From contig CAZUNO010000003.1 in the NCBI GenBank assembly GCA_964621445.1, positions 124,664 to 188,663 on the forward strand: a stretch of DNA of 64,000 bases, given 5' to 3'. The stretch is from Candidatus Hadarchaeota archaeon (lineage in GTDB: Archaea; CAYQAE01; CAYVLA01). The notes beneath the pieces are model-generated. The model searched no databases and was not told where the DNA came from. It saw nothing but the letters and a program-made list of their open reading frames with translations. A program made the translations under genes and the position numbers. Shown piece after piece: positions 20,086 through 29,247 of the stretch (within the stretch, counting starts at the first letter, position 1; each line of letters starts with the position of its first letter).

Positions 20086-20793
20086 TCAAATTAGGGTTTC
20101 TTTGAAACGATCAACCCTATGTGCCGTTATTTTACCGTTACGCCGGTCGTTAGATTGACAGGCAGCACCTCTGATACCTATAACATCTGGTGATAATGTT
20201 TTGAGTTGTTTAGAGTGATTCAGATTTAGGGAGCCGGCCAGGGCGGAGATCATATCCATTTCCTGGAGGTGGGAGATAAATGAACAGAGTTCATCATAAG
20301 CCATGAAGTCAAACAAACATCTACCATCTTTGTTTATTGTGTCGATAAGGACCCCATCAGCTCCAGATTGGGATGCCGCCTGGAGTAGGACCAGGGGGGA
20401 AATGGACCCAACAAGTTCCCAGTCGGCGTAGCCACAGGCTATTACCTTAATCGAGGGATCGATTGATTTAACGATATCAACGGAGGGGGTGAGTAGGGCT
20501 TGGGCCTCGGATTGGGTTTTTGTACCAAAGAGACCAAGCTTAACGTAATCCGGTGAAAGATATGCCGCCCCGGCGGCTGCCAAGCTGACGGTTCCGGGAA
20601 GATTTGGGAGATCACCTATAGCACAACTGGTTTCACTTGTTCCGTTTACGGCATCGATAATCCTAGAGGCCTTCTGGGGAGTTGGGGCTCCAAGAGAGCC
20701 CTCCGCGGGATTCTTTATGTCAACAATGTCGGCGCCACCCGAGATGGCTTCTGGCACCTCTTCCTCGTCTACAACGCTGACTAGTAACCTCAT
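20086..20793 (-). CDS. mfnB: (5-formylfuran-3-yl)methyl phosphate synthase MfnB-like (DUF556)
   Basis: 'MRLLVSVVDEEEV...GGADIVDIKNPAEGSLGA' and 'DVIGIRGAAC' closely match my recollection of M. jannaschii MfnB. Confidence 0.65.
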   Translation of the reverse strand: MRLLVSVVDEEEVPEAISGGADIVDIKNPAEGSLGAPTPQKASRIIDAVNGTSETSCAIGDLPNLPGTVSLAAAGAAYLSPDYVKLGLFGTKTQSEAQALLTPSVDIVKSIDPSIKVIACGYADWELVGSISPLVLLQAASQSGADGVLIDTINKDGRCLFDFMAYDELCSFISHLQEMDMISALAGSLNLNHSKQLKTLSPDVIGIRGAACQSNDRRNGKITAHRVDRFKETLI

Positions 20794-21464
20794 GATGTGA
20801 TGGTAGAGGATTCGCTATAAATATGAGTTCCATACGTTCGGCCGTTAACCAAAAGCTGATGAATTCGTTTTGGGTGGTGACCATTTACAATCCATGCCTC
20901 AAGTCCATGTTTCCTAAGAATAATCGGGAGATATTCGTCTACCAGGGATTGACGGTGACCGGAGAGGTCCTTTGCTGTGAGGGATTTGATGATCTCTTTG
21001 GATTTTTGATTCGTCAGCCCATCAACAGATTTTAATAGAAGCAATTTGGAGTTTAGGGTATTGGCTAAATAAGCGGAGATTGTATCGGAGGTCACTTCCC
21101 AGCTTTGGGGAAGATCTGATTCCTTGATAGGCGAGTAGGGAAGAAAAATGGGGATCGGTTTGCCGGGTTCCGGCTTTGGCTGCGTCGATAGGCTAAAGTA
21201 ATTCGGCCAGCTAGATTCAATACAATAAGCGTTGAGGTGCATGGCAAGGATTGCCAGCCAGTGAGAACCTCTATTCCCAATACTGTAGTTATGCCCCAGT
21301 TTTCTGATTAGATCTGCATAGGAGCCCCCACCCGCTACAGCCGCAATATCTTTTATCTTATGGACATTCCAAAGCTCGCCGACTATTTCTTCCAGTATCT
21401 CACTTGCGTCATTTATGAGACTTCCACCGATCTTCACGACCCACATTACTTGGCCATCCTCCAT
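20790..21464 (-). CDS. amino-acid-kinase-family small-molecule kinase (MfnE-like)
   Basis: 'VVKIGGSL' N-terminal kinase motif and 'AVAGGGS'; 4-bp overlap with mfnB-like suggests co-translation. Confidence 0.45.
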   Translation of the reverse strand: MEDGQVMWVVKIGGSLINDASEILEEIVGELWNVHKIKDIAAVAGGGSYADLIRKLGHNYSIGNRGSHWLAILAMHLNAYCIESSWPNYFSLSTQPKPEPGKPIPIFLPYSPIKESDLPQSWEVTSDTISAYLANTLNSKLLLLKSVDGLTNQKSKEIIKSLTAKDLSGHRQSLVDEYLPIILRKHGLEAWIVNGHHPKRIHQLLVNGRTYGTHIYSESSTITS

Positions 21465-22582
21465 GCCTCAATCGAAAGTGAAACCGCTGGAGCTGTAGTG
21501 CAAACCTCCTTTTCCAGGCCGGCAACATCCATGTTGAGTTCCTGGTTCACGAAATTTTGGAAGGGGATAGGTGTTTTTAATCCGGTCTTTAGGGCGGCTG
21601 GTTTGGCAAGACATTCAGAGCCGCTTCCCGCGATAATACAGGGAATCTCTGTCCCGAGTTTGGCTCTGTTGAGAACAAAGCCGATGGACTTCTCCACCCT
21701 TTCAATCTGTCTATTGCGAACCGAGACGGCGATTTCTCGGATCTGGTTCCCATTAAGCTCTTGAAGGTCCGAGCACACGACTCTGGCCAGTCTTCTCATG
21801 CAGGCGGTAAGGTTTGTTCCCTTGCCATCAGCTGTAGGTCCGCCGTAATCACCTGGACCTAACAGACCGAGAATTATGTTGACATCGCCCATAGTTGCAA
21901 ATTCCTCTGAAGCGCAGGGGATTTCACTACCACCCAAATTCACCGAGTCCACTACTGTGGCTACGTTGGTCCTAGTCGAACCGGTGTATACCAGTTCCCG
22001 ATTCTTGAGTCTACCTCTGTCCGTTGGGTCATTGACAGCTGGACGTCCAGATAGGATGGGGATTATATCGGTGGTGGTTGATCCCGAATCTATTAGCAAG
22101 GACTGGGAGTGAGCTCTCCCTATCAGCAAGGATGTTGGGACCCAATTTGCTGCGGCGACTTCCAATGGGCGGGATATTGCTGTTTTGCCCTTAACCACCG
22201 ATCCCGAGTTTAGGATGATTCTGGTTTCTGGCTCCTGTTCTAGGAGACTAGAAAGAACGAATTCTACTCCCTGCTTTTTTGATTGGAAGCAATCCGCGAG
22301 CTCCGCCGTCATGGTGGCCAAGGTTAGATGTGGGACAGCCTGGTAGGGCTCCAATAGCTTCTGAACTAATTTGGGGAAAGAGCGGTAGTTCTTCCAAAAT
22401 GGATGGTAGATTGATTTTAGGTCACGGATTTCGAGCCCCTCTCCCCCATTTGAGGTTACTGCAATTTTGGTGTTTGCACCGCCAATATCTAACCCGATTG
22501 CTAGCATTTGATGTGCCTCTCTGATAGCCATTTCTTTACACGGGCAAATCGTTGAGGTATCTCCATGGAGTCCTTGGCCCAA
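21446..22582 (-). CDS. hydantoinase/ASKHA-fold protein of the H4MPT-linked C1 family (MfnF-like)
   Basis: 'LAIGLDIGGANTK' ASKHA phosphate-1 motif; the real start may be the internal M near 22528. Confidence 0.45.
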   Translation of the reverse strand: MGQGLHGDTSTICPCKEMAIREAHQMLAIGLDIGGANTKIAVTSNGGEGLEIRDLKSIYHPFWKNYRSFPKLVQKLLEPYQAVPHLTLATMTAELADCFQSKKQGVEFVLSSLLEQEPETRIILNSGSVVKGKTAISRPLEVAAANWVPTSLLIGRAHSQSLLIDSGSTTTDIIPILSGRPAVNDPTDRGRLKNRELVYTGSTRTNVATVVDSVNLGGSEIPCASEEFATMGDVNIILGLLGPGDYGGPTADGKGTNLTACMRRLARVVCSDLQELNGNQIREIAVSVRNRQIERVEKSIGFVLNRAKLGTEIPCIIAGSGSECLAKPAALKTGLKTPIPFQNFVNQELNMDVAGLEKEVCTTAPAVSLSIEAWRMAK

Positions 22583-23685
22583 ACACAGGTCAATACCTTG
22601 CTTTTTCCCTTCATATAGTAGGGACCCACAGGAAATGGTGGGGAAACTATCATCTTACTTTGAAACATCTTCTGGTGGATTGATTGGTCAAATGGGACGG
22701 TCCGGATTAAGGGTAGTATGGACCATTTTGAAAAGCCCTCAGTATCAACAGCGGTTTTCTCCCCGGTGATGATCGATGCCAATCCTTTCTGGATTATCTT
22801 TTCTATACCTATACATGATGTGGTCATCCTGGGATTTATCTCCATAAAATGAGCCTTGCCCTGACTATATACAAAGTCTAGGGTCATCAGGCCCTTAAGC
22901 TTGCTCTTTGTTACCATGGAGGAGATATCATCCCAAAGCCCACGAACGGGAAGGGGGAATGGGCTGGAACCACCCAGGTATTCAAGCTCTTGAGAAGCCT
23001 GGATGGCTTGGGTGTTAATTGCAAGAGGAATTACCTCGCTTTCCATGGCCATGAAGGTCGCACTGAGGTGGCGTCCCTGCTTGAATTCCTGAATAATGGC
23101 AGAATTCCACCCGGAGCTCCTTAATTTTGCAGCTGCGCGTCTGCAATCGCTATTGCTTCTAACTATGGTTGTGCCCTCGCATCCAGCCCCGTCAGGGGGT
23201 TTTATAACCAGGGGTAAACCCATTTTGGGGATTGCCCTGGATATTTCCTTGGTAGTAGATTCAGTGGTTAAGGTTCTGGGCACGGACAGGAAATTGCATT
23301 GCTGGTCGACTAATTCAAATGAAGAGGGCTTATTCGCCAACCGGGAAACCGTTCCCGAGGGGCAGCTCAACAATTCCGTTTCCTGCTCAATGGCACGAGT
23401 GAGCTCGAGGAGTTTTCCGCCTGATTCTGGAGCAATTATGAAAGCGGCGTCGAAGCTAGATGAAGTCTCTGGGAGCTCTTCCATTGGGTTTTCCCGGGGA
23501 AATACCAGATCATAGATCGGTAAAAAACCGGCCTCTCTCTTTAAACTCTTATTAACTGCGGCGGTAACCTCGTGACCATCCTTTTTGAAGGATTCACATA
23601 ACGTCCGGAGCATGCCGAACCCCTGTGGCAGAATGCTTCTCGGCCCGCCCTTGAGTGATGTCCATTCCGACAGGAGGAGCTTCAT
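22501..23685 (-). CDS. ATP-grasp ligase (MfnD-like, tentative)
   Basis: 394 aa; ATP-grasp core ('LPLVIKPPDGAGCEGTTIV', 'MEINPR'). Confidence 0.4.
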   Translation of the reverse strand: MKLLLSEWTSLKGGPRSILPQGFGMLRTLCESFKKDGHEVTAAVNKSLKREAGFLPIYDLVFPRENPMEELPETSSSFDAAFIIAPESGGKLLELTRAIEQETELLSCPSGTVSRLANKPSSFELVDQQCNFLSVPRTLTTESTTKEISRAIPKMGLPLVIKPPDGAGCEGTTIVRSNSDCRRAAAKLRSSGWNSAIIQEFKQGRHLSATFMAMESEVIPLAINTQAIQASQELEYLGGSSPFPLPVRGLWDDISSMVTKSKLKGLMTLDFVYSQGKAHFMEINPRMTTSCIGIEKIIQKGLASIITGEKTAVDTEGFSKWSILPLIRTVPFDQSIHQKMFQSKMIVSPPFPVGPYYMKGKSKVLTCVWAKDSMEIPQRFARVKKWLSERHIKC

Positions 23686-23734
23686 GGCTACGCATTTAAT
23701 AGCGGACTTCTTTTAAATCTGGTGAGCTGGGACC

Positions 23735-24448
23735 TTGAGAATCATTCCCGTTCTGGATATTCTTGATGGAAAAGTTGTAAGGGGTGTTGCTGGTAATCGG
23801 AAGAGGTACAAGCCGGTCACCAGTTCCATAACCGATTCAGTTCATCCGGTGCAGGTTGCCCGGGATCTCCTTGACATTCACACCTTCCGGGAAATCTACA
23901 TAGCCGACCTCGACGCTATCGAGGGCAGGCCCGACAACAGGGAGCTTGTGAAAGAAGTATCTGAATTGGGCTGCCAGGTTTACCTCGACTCCGGAATTAC
24001 GGGTCCGGGGGACATTGACCCGGATTACGAAATCAACCACCTGGTAGCTGGAACCGAGACCCTGGATTCATTGGAGGTCTTGGCAGAGATCTGTCAGATG
24101 CACCCGTCTGTAGTTTCCAGCTTGGATTACAAGGGAGATGACCTGCTTTGCCGAGAGGAAAGCCTGAAACATATGAAACCCCGAGAGCTCGTCGCCAGCG
24201 TATGCGCTGCAGGCGTTTCGGAGATCATCTACCTGGACCTGGCTCGGGTTGGAACCGGTTCCGGTGTAGTATGCGAGAGAGTTGAGATGGTCATAGAAGC
24301 GTCCGAGGTACCGGTGATCGTGGGAGGCGGGATTAGGAATGCATCCGATATTCGATCCCTTGATGAGGCTGGGGCGGATGGTGTTTTGGTTGCGAGCTGC
24401 GTTCACTCAGGTGAGTTGGATGAAGGGGACCTAGAGGGTTTGACCTGA
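23735..24448 (+). CDS. HisA/HisF-family TIM-barrel protein (paralog associated with cofactor clusters)
   Basis: 'RIIPVLDILDGKVVRGV' and C-terminal 'VIVGGGIRNASDI' phosphate-binding motifs of the HisA/HisF fold. Confidence 0.55.
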   Translation: MRIIPVLDILDGKVVRGVAGNRKRYKPVTSSITDSVHPVQVARDLLDIHTFREIYIADLDAIEGRPDNRELVKEVSELGCQVYLDSGITGPGDIDPDYEINHLVAGTETLDSLEVLAEICQMHPSVVSSLDYKGDDLLCREESLKHMKPRELVASVCAAGVSEIIYLDLARVGTGSGVVCERVEMVIEASEVPVIVGGGIRNASDIRSLDEAGADGVLVASCVHSGELDEGDLEGLT

Positions 24449-25425
24449 TGATATCTAAGGCTCTTTATGAACTCATTAGGGGCCTCTCTGCTGGACCCTA
24501 CCAGGATTCTGTGGTATGAGCGGTTTCCGGAGACCCTTTCCAATATACCTTTACATTGAACCATTTCGCCACTGCGTGCCTGCCCAACGTAGGTATGGGT
24601 ATAGGACACGATTTCCGATATCTCAAATCCCGAATATTCACATTTCTCAACCTTGTATATCGCCGGGTAATCATAGGCCCTATTAGCATCTCTCACCATG
24701 CATTCAGCTCGGGCCTGTTCAATCCTCTGGTATCTTAAGTCTCCGAAGGATCCGGAGATCTCATGGGGCTTCCGGCAGGAGAGCAGGTCAAACCTTACAT
24801 CGCCCAGCTTAGCCCGATTGAATTTTCTGGTCTCGTGCCAGACGAATTCCGCGAAGGAATAATCCCCATTTGCTTCAATACCTCTTTTGGAATAGATATC
24901 CTTCCAATCGGTTCTGCCCAGTGCTGCGATTCTGTCCTCGGTAATGGCTCTCTTTACCGAGTTAACTGTCTTGGAAAGGTTATCTAGCCCGTACACGACC
25001 AGGTCAACATCCGAGCTGGTATTCTGGGCGCCGATAAGGTAGGACCCGGTAATTCCCATGTCATCCAGCGACAGATTAGATTCGGAAATGATTATTGATA
25101 CGATATCCGATACTATAGGAGCCGTCCCCCGTTCAAGCAAGTCCTTTAAGGCAGGACCGGGCATGTAATGCCTCTTGATCGAGGATCTTGGAACGATCGT
25201 AAGTTTTCGGTCAAATTCCGGCCGAAAATGGACGTAGTTAGGGGCATGTTTTTGTAGATACAGGCGTGATTCCTCGCTCGATTCAAACTTATGAATATCC
25301 CCACACTCTCTTCTGTAACGAAGCTGGGATACAACGCCGGAAATTGGATGGTTGAATAGGAGAACGGAGAAAATCAGACCATCCTTGGTTTCAATGAAGT
25401 CCCTTACCCGGTACATGCGATTCAC
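24403..25425 (-). CDS. nucleotidyltransferase-domain protein (Pol-beta superfamily), function unknown
   Basis: 'GITGSYLIGAQNTSSDVDLVVYG' fits the G[GS]...D.D nucleotidyltransferase signature. Confidence 0.3.
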   Translation of the reverse strand: MNRMYRVRDFIETKDGLIFSVLLFNHPISGVVSQLRYRRECGDIHKFESSEESRLYLQKHAPNYVHFRPEFDRKLTIVPRSSIKRHYMPGPALKDLLERGTAPIVSDIVSIIISESNLSLDDMGITGSYLIGAQNTSSDVDLVVYGLDNLSKTVNSVKRAITEDRIAALGRTDWKDIYSKRGIEANGDYSFAEFVWHETRKFNRAKLGDVRFDLLSCRKPHEISGSFGDLRYQRIEQARAECMVRDANRAYDYPAIYKVEKCEYSGFEISEIVSYTHTYVGQARSGEMVQCKGILERVSGNRSYHRILVGSSREAPNEFIKSLRYHQVKPSRSPSSNSPE

Positions 25426-25479
25426 AAATATATCGCCGATGAGTAATATCTTTAGTTGGCCTAGTATTAGGATCAGACA

Positions 25480-26160
25480 GTGATTGCTGGAATTGTGCCC
25501 TGCAAGGGACTGAAAAATGGGAAAACTAGGCTTGATCTTCCACCTGAACTTGGGAGAGAAAAGAGGGAGCTAATAATATCAATGTTTGATCGGGTTCTAA
25601 AAGCGATGGTGGAAAGCAGGCTGGAGACGGTCTATGTAGTGAGCCCTGACGAAGGCATCCTTGAGCATGGTTCCGCTTTGGGAGCGCGGACAATTCTTGA
25701 ATACAATCCCTCGGGGGCCAATTCCGCTGTTGAGCTGGCTAATAAAAAAGCGATTAAAGACGGCTTTGAGGCAACGCTCGTTGCTTTTTCGGACATTCCT
25801 CTTATCTCGAAGCGGGACCTAAACGGAATACTGGACTTGATTATTGAGTCTAACAGATGCGTGGCCGCGCTCCGTTCAAGGAGGGGGGGAACGAACCTTC
25901 TATTGCGGAAACCTCCTTCGGCAATACCATCTCGATACGGGAAAAACAGTTTTATCAAGCATCGCGATGAGACAATGCAGAATAGAATTCCCTTCTTTGA
26001 GTATGTGAGCAACCCGGCGTCCCTCGATGTAGATACGATATCCGATTTGAGGCTCTTGTTTCGGGGTGAGAGGTCGGCAGGGAATGAGTTGGAAAAAGAA
26101 GAACAATTTCGAATCTCACAAAGGATCACGGAGGCATTAGATTGGCGAAGTCGAGAATAG
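25480..26160 (+). CDS. cofC: MobA-like nucleotidyltransferase, CofC-like (2-phospho-L-lactate guanylyltransferase family)
   Basis: N-terminal 'MIAGIVPCKGLKNGKTRL' and 'AFSDIPLI' resemble CofC/MobA-type guanylyltransferases. Confidence 0.4.
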   Translation: MIAGIVPCKGLKNGKTRLDLPPELGREKRELIISMFDRVLKAMVESRLETVYVVSPDEGILEHGSALGARTILEYNPSGANSAVELANKKAIKDGFEATLVAFSDIPLISKRDLNGILDLIIESNRCVAALRSRRGGTNLLLRKPPSAIPSRYGKNSFIKHRDETMQNRIPFFEYVSNPASLDVDTISDLRLLFRGERSAGNELEKEEQFRISQRITEALDWRSRE

Positions 26161-26289
26161 TTGTCGTGGAAGGTCTTAGTTATCTGGTTCCAAGAAAGAA
26201 GTACAAGGTGGCAAGGAAGGAATGTCCTCCAGCAGTCGATACCTGGGATTATATTATGGATCACATAGAGGATTATGGTAGACTGTTGG

Positions 26290-26340
26290 ATGAGGAAGAG
26301 GAACTAGAGGAAGAAGAGGAAGAAGAGGAAGAAGAGGAAT
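26290..26340 (+). repeat. GAA/GAG trinucleotide repeat encoding a poly-Glu tail
   Basis: 'gaagaggaagaagaggaagaagaggaa' forms the 3' end of a 66-aa ORF (26142-26342). Confidence 0.5.
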
Positions 26341-26347
26341 AACCTAT

Positions 26348-26821
26348 TCAATGAAAAATTTTCACAAAGGCCATCAGGGAAAATGTCAGTACTAGCAATA
26401 GTGATAAAACGAGGCTCATCTCTCCCATGCCCAGTAGGGGGGTTAGGCATATTCCAGCAACCATGAGAGGCACGAGGCTAAAAGCCAATTTACTCGCACT
26501 GTATCTCCCCAGCCATTGCGAGACGTGTTTGAATTCGTGTTGGATAACATATGGATCATCGACGGAGAGGATTCCCCAACCGACGAAAGAGTAGCCTGAG
26601 ATCTCGATCGATTTCTGGCCAAGGAAATCCCTGTTTTTCTTTCTCTCGAGTTTATTTATCTCAATATCCCTGCTGCAAATGTAATTTCCCTGGCCTGTTC
26701 TGGGTTTCATTATCAGGGCAGTTGGTTTCCCATATATAATCGATAGAAGGCAAGCAAGGCAGAGAAAGGGGAAATATACGGCATGGGCAATTGCCCAGGA
26801 AACGGTCCTGGGAAAGGTCAT
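26348..26821 (-). CDS. putative membrane zinc metallopeptidase (HExxH motif)
   Basis: 157 aa with TM segments at both ends and 'VIQHEFKHV'. Confidence 0.3.
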   Translation of the reverse strand: MTFPRTVSWAIAHAVYFPFLCLACLLSIIYGKPTALIMKPRTGQGNYICSRDIEINKLERKKNRDFLGQKSIEISGYSFVGWGILSVDDPYVIQHEFKHVSQWLGRYSASKLAFSLVPLMVAGICLTPLLGMGEMSLVLSLLLVLTFSLMAFVKIFH

Positions 26822-26902
26822 AAGAAGCGGTTGGAATGGAAGGTGTACTAATTTGGGAGTAAATTCAAGATTTTGCTTTGCCGCGGAGTTGGTTTTGCTC
26901 AG

Positions 26903-27232
26903 TTACTTCTCTTCCTCCAGCGGTGCACCTGCATAGCTTGCTGCGGACAGCCTTTCTCCCTTTCGAATGCCGAAAAGCTTCATCGTCCGTTCATCGATGC
27001 CAATGGAGTTGGCGGGGAGGTAATCATCCTCAACGGCCTTGACCAATAGGGTTCCTCTCTTACCGATAATCTCTATGGTACCGCCGGGCATGATCTGTAG
27101 CCTCTCCAGGTCCTCTCCTCTCATCTTCACCGTGTTGATCCAATCCACCGGCTGGGCTTCGATGTTGATTACGCCTTTCTTTTCCTCCTCCTCAGACATT
27201 TCCATCTCCCGGTAAATGTGGGCGCTTCTCAT
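26903..27232 (-). CDS. hypothetical protein
   Basis: 109-aa ORF with coding-like composition; no recognisable motif. Confidence 0.3.
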   Translation of the reverse strand: MRSAHIYREMEMSEEEEKKGVINIEAQPVDWINTVKMRGEDLERLQIMPGGTIEIIGKRGTLLVKAVEDDYLPANSIGIDERTMKLFGIRKGERLSAASYAGAPLEEEK

Positions 27233-27273
27233 ATATAGATATGAGGGATTCCCTCCCCGGGTGAAGGAAAACG

Positions 27274-28461
27274 TTACTGCAATGCGGACTCGATGGTGGA
27301 GAGTGCCAGCTCCATTTGCTCCTGGCCTATAATCAGCGGGGGTACCATTCGAATTACGTTACCGGCCGTTCTATTGATCAATATCTTCTCGGAAAGACAA
27401 TGTTCGAATACTCTCTTGGCTACCCCTTCCGAGCACATTTCCATGCCCAGCATGAGCCCAAGGCCCCTTACCTCCTTGATCTTTTCCGGGTAATTCCCCT
27501 TGATCTGCTTCATGCGGTTCAGACACCAATTGCCGAGCTTACTAGCCCTTGTCGGTAGATCCTCCTCCACAAGGACCTCCAACGCAGCTTTGGCGGCGGC
27601 ACAGGCCAGGGGGTTTCCACCGAAGGTTGACGCGTGGTCTCCTGGTTTGAACTTTGCCATGACCTCGTCCCTGGCAGCCATGGCCCCGATGGGGAACCCT
27701 CCTCCCAGCCCCTTGGCCATTGAGACTATATCGGGAGTCACTCCAATGGTTTGGCAGGCAAGGAAGCTCCCCGTTCTGCCCATTCCCGTCTGAACCTCGT
27801 CGAATGCCAGGTAGAGTCCTTGATCATCACATAGCTCCCGGACCCTTGAGAGATAATCCCTTTTAACGGTTCTAACTCCTCCCTCACCCTGGATGGGCTC
27901 CAGTATCACCCCACCCACGTCCGTGCCCACCGCGGATTCAAGGCTCTGGAAGTCTCCGTAGGGAACGAATTTTACGCCGGGAACCAAGGGGCGAAAGGGT
28001 TTTCGGTACTTTTCCTGCCCAGTTACGGAGAGAGCGCCAAAAGTTCTTCCGTGAAAGGATCTATCTGCAGCGATTATTCCACTCTTTCCCGAAGCCCTTC
28101 GAATGAGCTTCAGGGCCGATTCCACGGCCTCCGCTCCGCTGTTACAAAGGAAGACCTTGCCGATAGGGCCCGGCAAGATATCGACTAGCGTTCGGCAGAG
28201 ACGGGCCTGGGGCTCGATATAGTAGAGGTTCGAACAATGCATCAGCTTACCTGCTTGCTCCCTTATCGCCTCTACAACGCGAGGATGACAGTGCCCGACA
28301 TTATTCACGGCGATGCCGGCGAGACAATCGAGATATTCATTTCCCTCGGAATCCCAGACCTTTACACCTTCGCCCTTGACTAGGCATATGTCAAGTCGGC
28401 CGTAAAGGCCTGCGTGATACTCCGAATCTAGGTGGAAGATCTCGGAGGTTAAGGAATTCAT
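27274..28461 (-). CDS. argD: class III PLP-dependent aminotransferase (acetylornithine/LysW-lysine aminotransferase type)
   Basis: Full-length class III architecture: 'VWDSEGNEYLDCLAGIAVNNVGHCHPRVV', 'LCDDQGLYLAFDEVQTGMGRTG', and PLP-lysine region 'DIVSMAKGLGGGFPIG'. Confidence 0.8.
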   Translation of the reverse strand: MNSLTSEIFHLDSEYHAGLYGRLDICLVKGEGVKVWDSEGNEYLDCLAGIAVNNVGHCHPRVVEAIREQAGKLMHCSNLYYIEPQARLCRTLVDILPGPIGKVFLCNSGAEAVESALKLIRRASGKSGIIAADRSFHGRTFGALSVTGQEKYRKPFRPLVPGVKFVPYGDFQSLESAVGTDVGGVILEPIQGEGGVRTVKRDYLSRVRELCDDQGLYLAFDEVQTGMGRTGSFLACQTIGVTPDIVSMAKGLGGGFPIGAMAARDEVMAKFKPGDHASTFGGNPLACAAAKAALEVLVEEDLPTRASKLGNWCLNRMKQIKGNYPEKIKEVRGLGLMLGMEMCSEGVAKRVFEHCLSEKILINRTAGNVIRMVPPLIIGQEQMELALSTIESALQ

Positions 28462-28492
28462 GGCTTGGAGTTGTAGCGAGTTCTCAAAAAGG

Positions 28493-29071
28493 TTACCGGG
28501 CTATCTTTATCAAAGAAATGGCCATGTCCTCATCGCAGTTCAGCTTCCGGATGAGCTGGAGGTCCTTTCCGCACGCACTGGAAAGATCCATTCCGGTTGA
28601 TCGGGGGTAGGTAATTACGGCCTGCCCCCCGGGCTTCAGAACCCTTGCAACCTCCTTCAGTCCTAGGTCGGGACGAGGCAGGTTTTGGATAACCGTTGCC
28701 CCTATCACCACGTCGAAGTAACCCGACCGGAAGGGTATTTTTTCACAGTCGCCAATTACCACCTCGCATTCCGGATGACGTTTCTTCAAAAGGGAGACCA
28801 TGCCTGTCGAGAAGTCCAATCCGAGGTATGATAGAGTCTCAGTTTTCAGGGAATCTATAAGCAGTCCGGTCCCACAGCCCCAATCGAGAAGAACATCACC
28901 CGGGGATAGGGAGAGCATGCTCAGGATGATCGGGTACTTGACCTTCTGTATTTCGGTATAACGTCTCTGGTAGTGGGATGGCGTGGCATCGTATCTTCGC
29001 CTTGTGTTGTTTTTGCGGGTATTTTTCCTGCGGTTCATTTCCACCATTTTCTCTTCTGGGATGGAGAGCAA
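28493..29071 (-). CDS. class I SAM-dependent methyltransferase
   Basis: Motif I 'VLLDWGCGTGLL' and post-I acidic residue. Confidence 0.7.
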   Translation of the reverse strand: MLSIPEEKMVEMNRRKNTRKNNTRRRYDATPSHYQRRYTEIQKVKYPIILSMLSLSPGDVLLDWGCGTGLLIDSLKTETLSYLGLDFSTGMVSLLKKRHPECEVVIGDCEKIPFRSGYFDVVIGATVIQNLPRPDLGLKEVARVLKPGGQAVITYPRSTGMDLSSACGKDLQLIRKLNCDEDMAISLIKIAR

Positions 29072-29247
29072 ACCCGGGAATCAGGGCTAGCGTCTCTAGA
29101 AAAAGAAGCAATTAATTTCTTTCCTTATTTTTAGAAAATTATCTCAGATATTCATTAATAATAGAAATACAAATGGCCTTTTCTTCCGTTTCTCGCGTTT
29201 TTGTAAACATTTATAAGGGAAATTGCGGGGTTTCGGCCTGATCGAGC

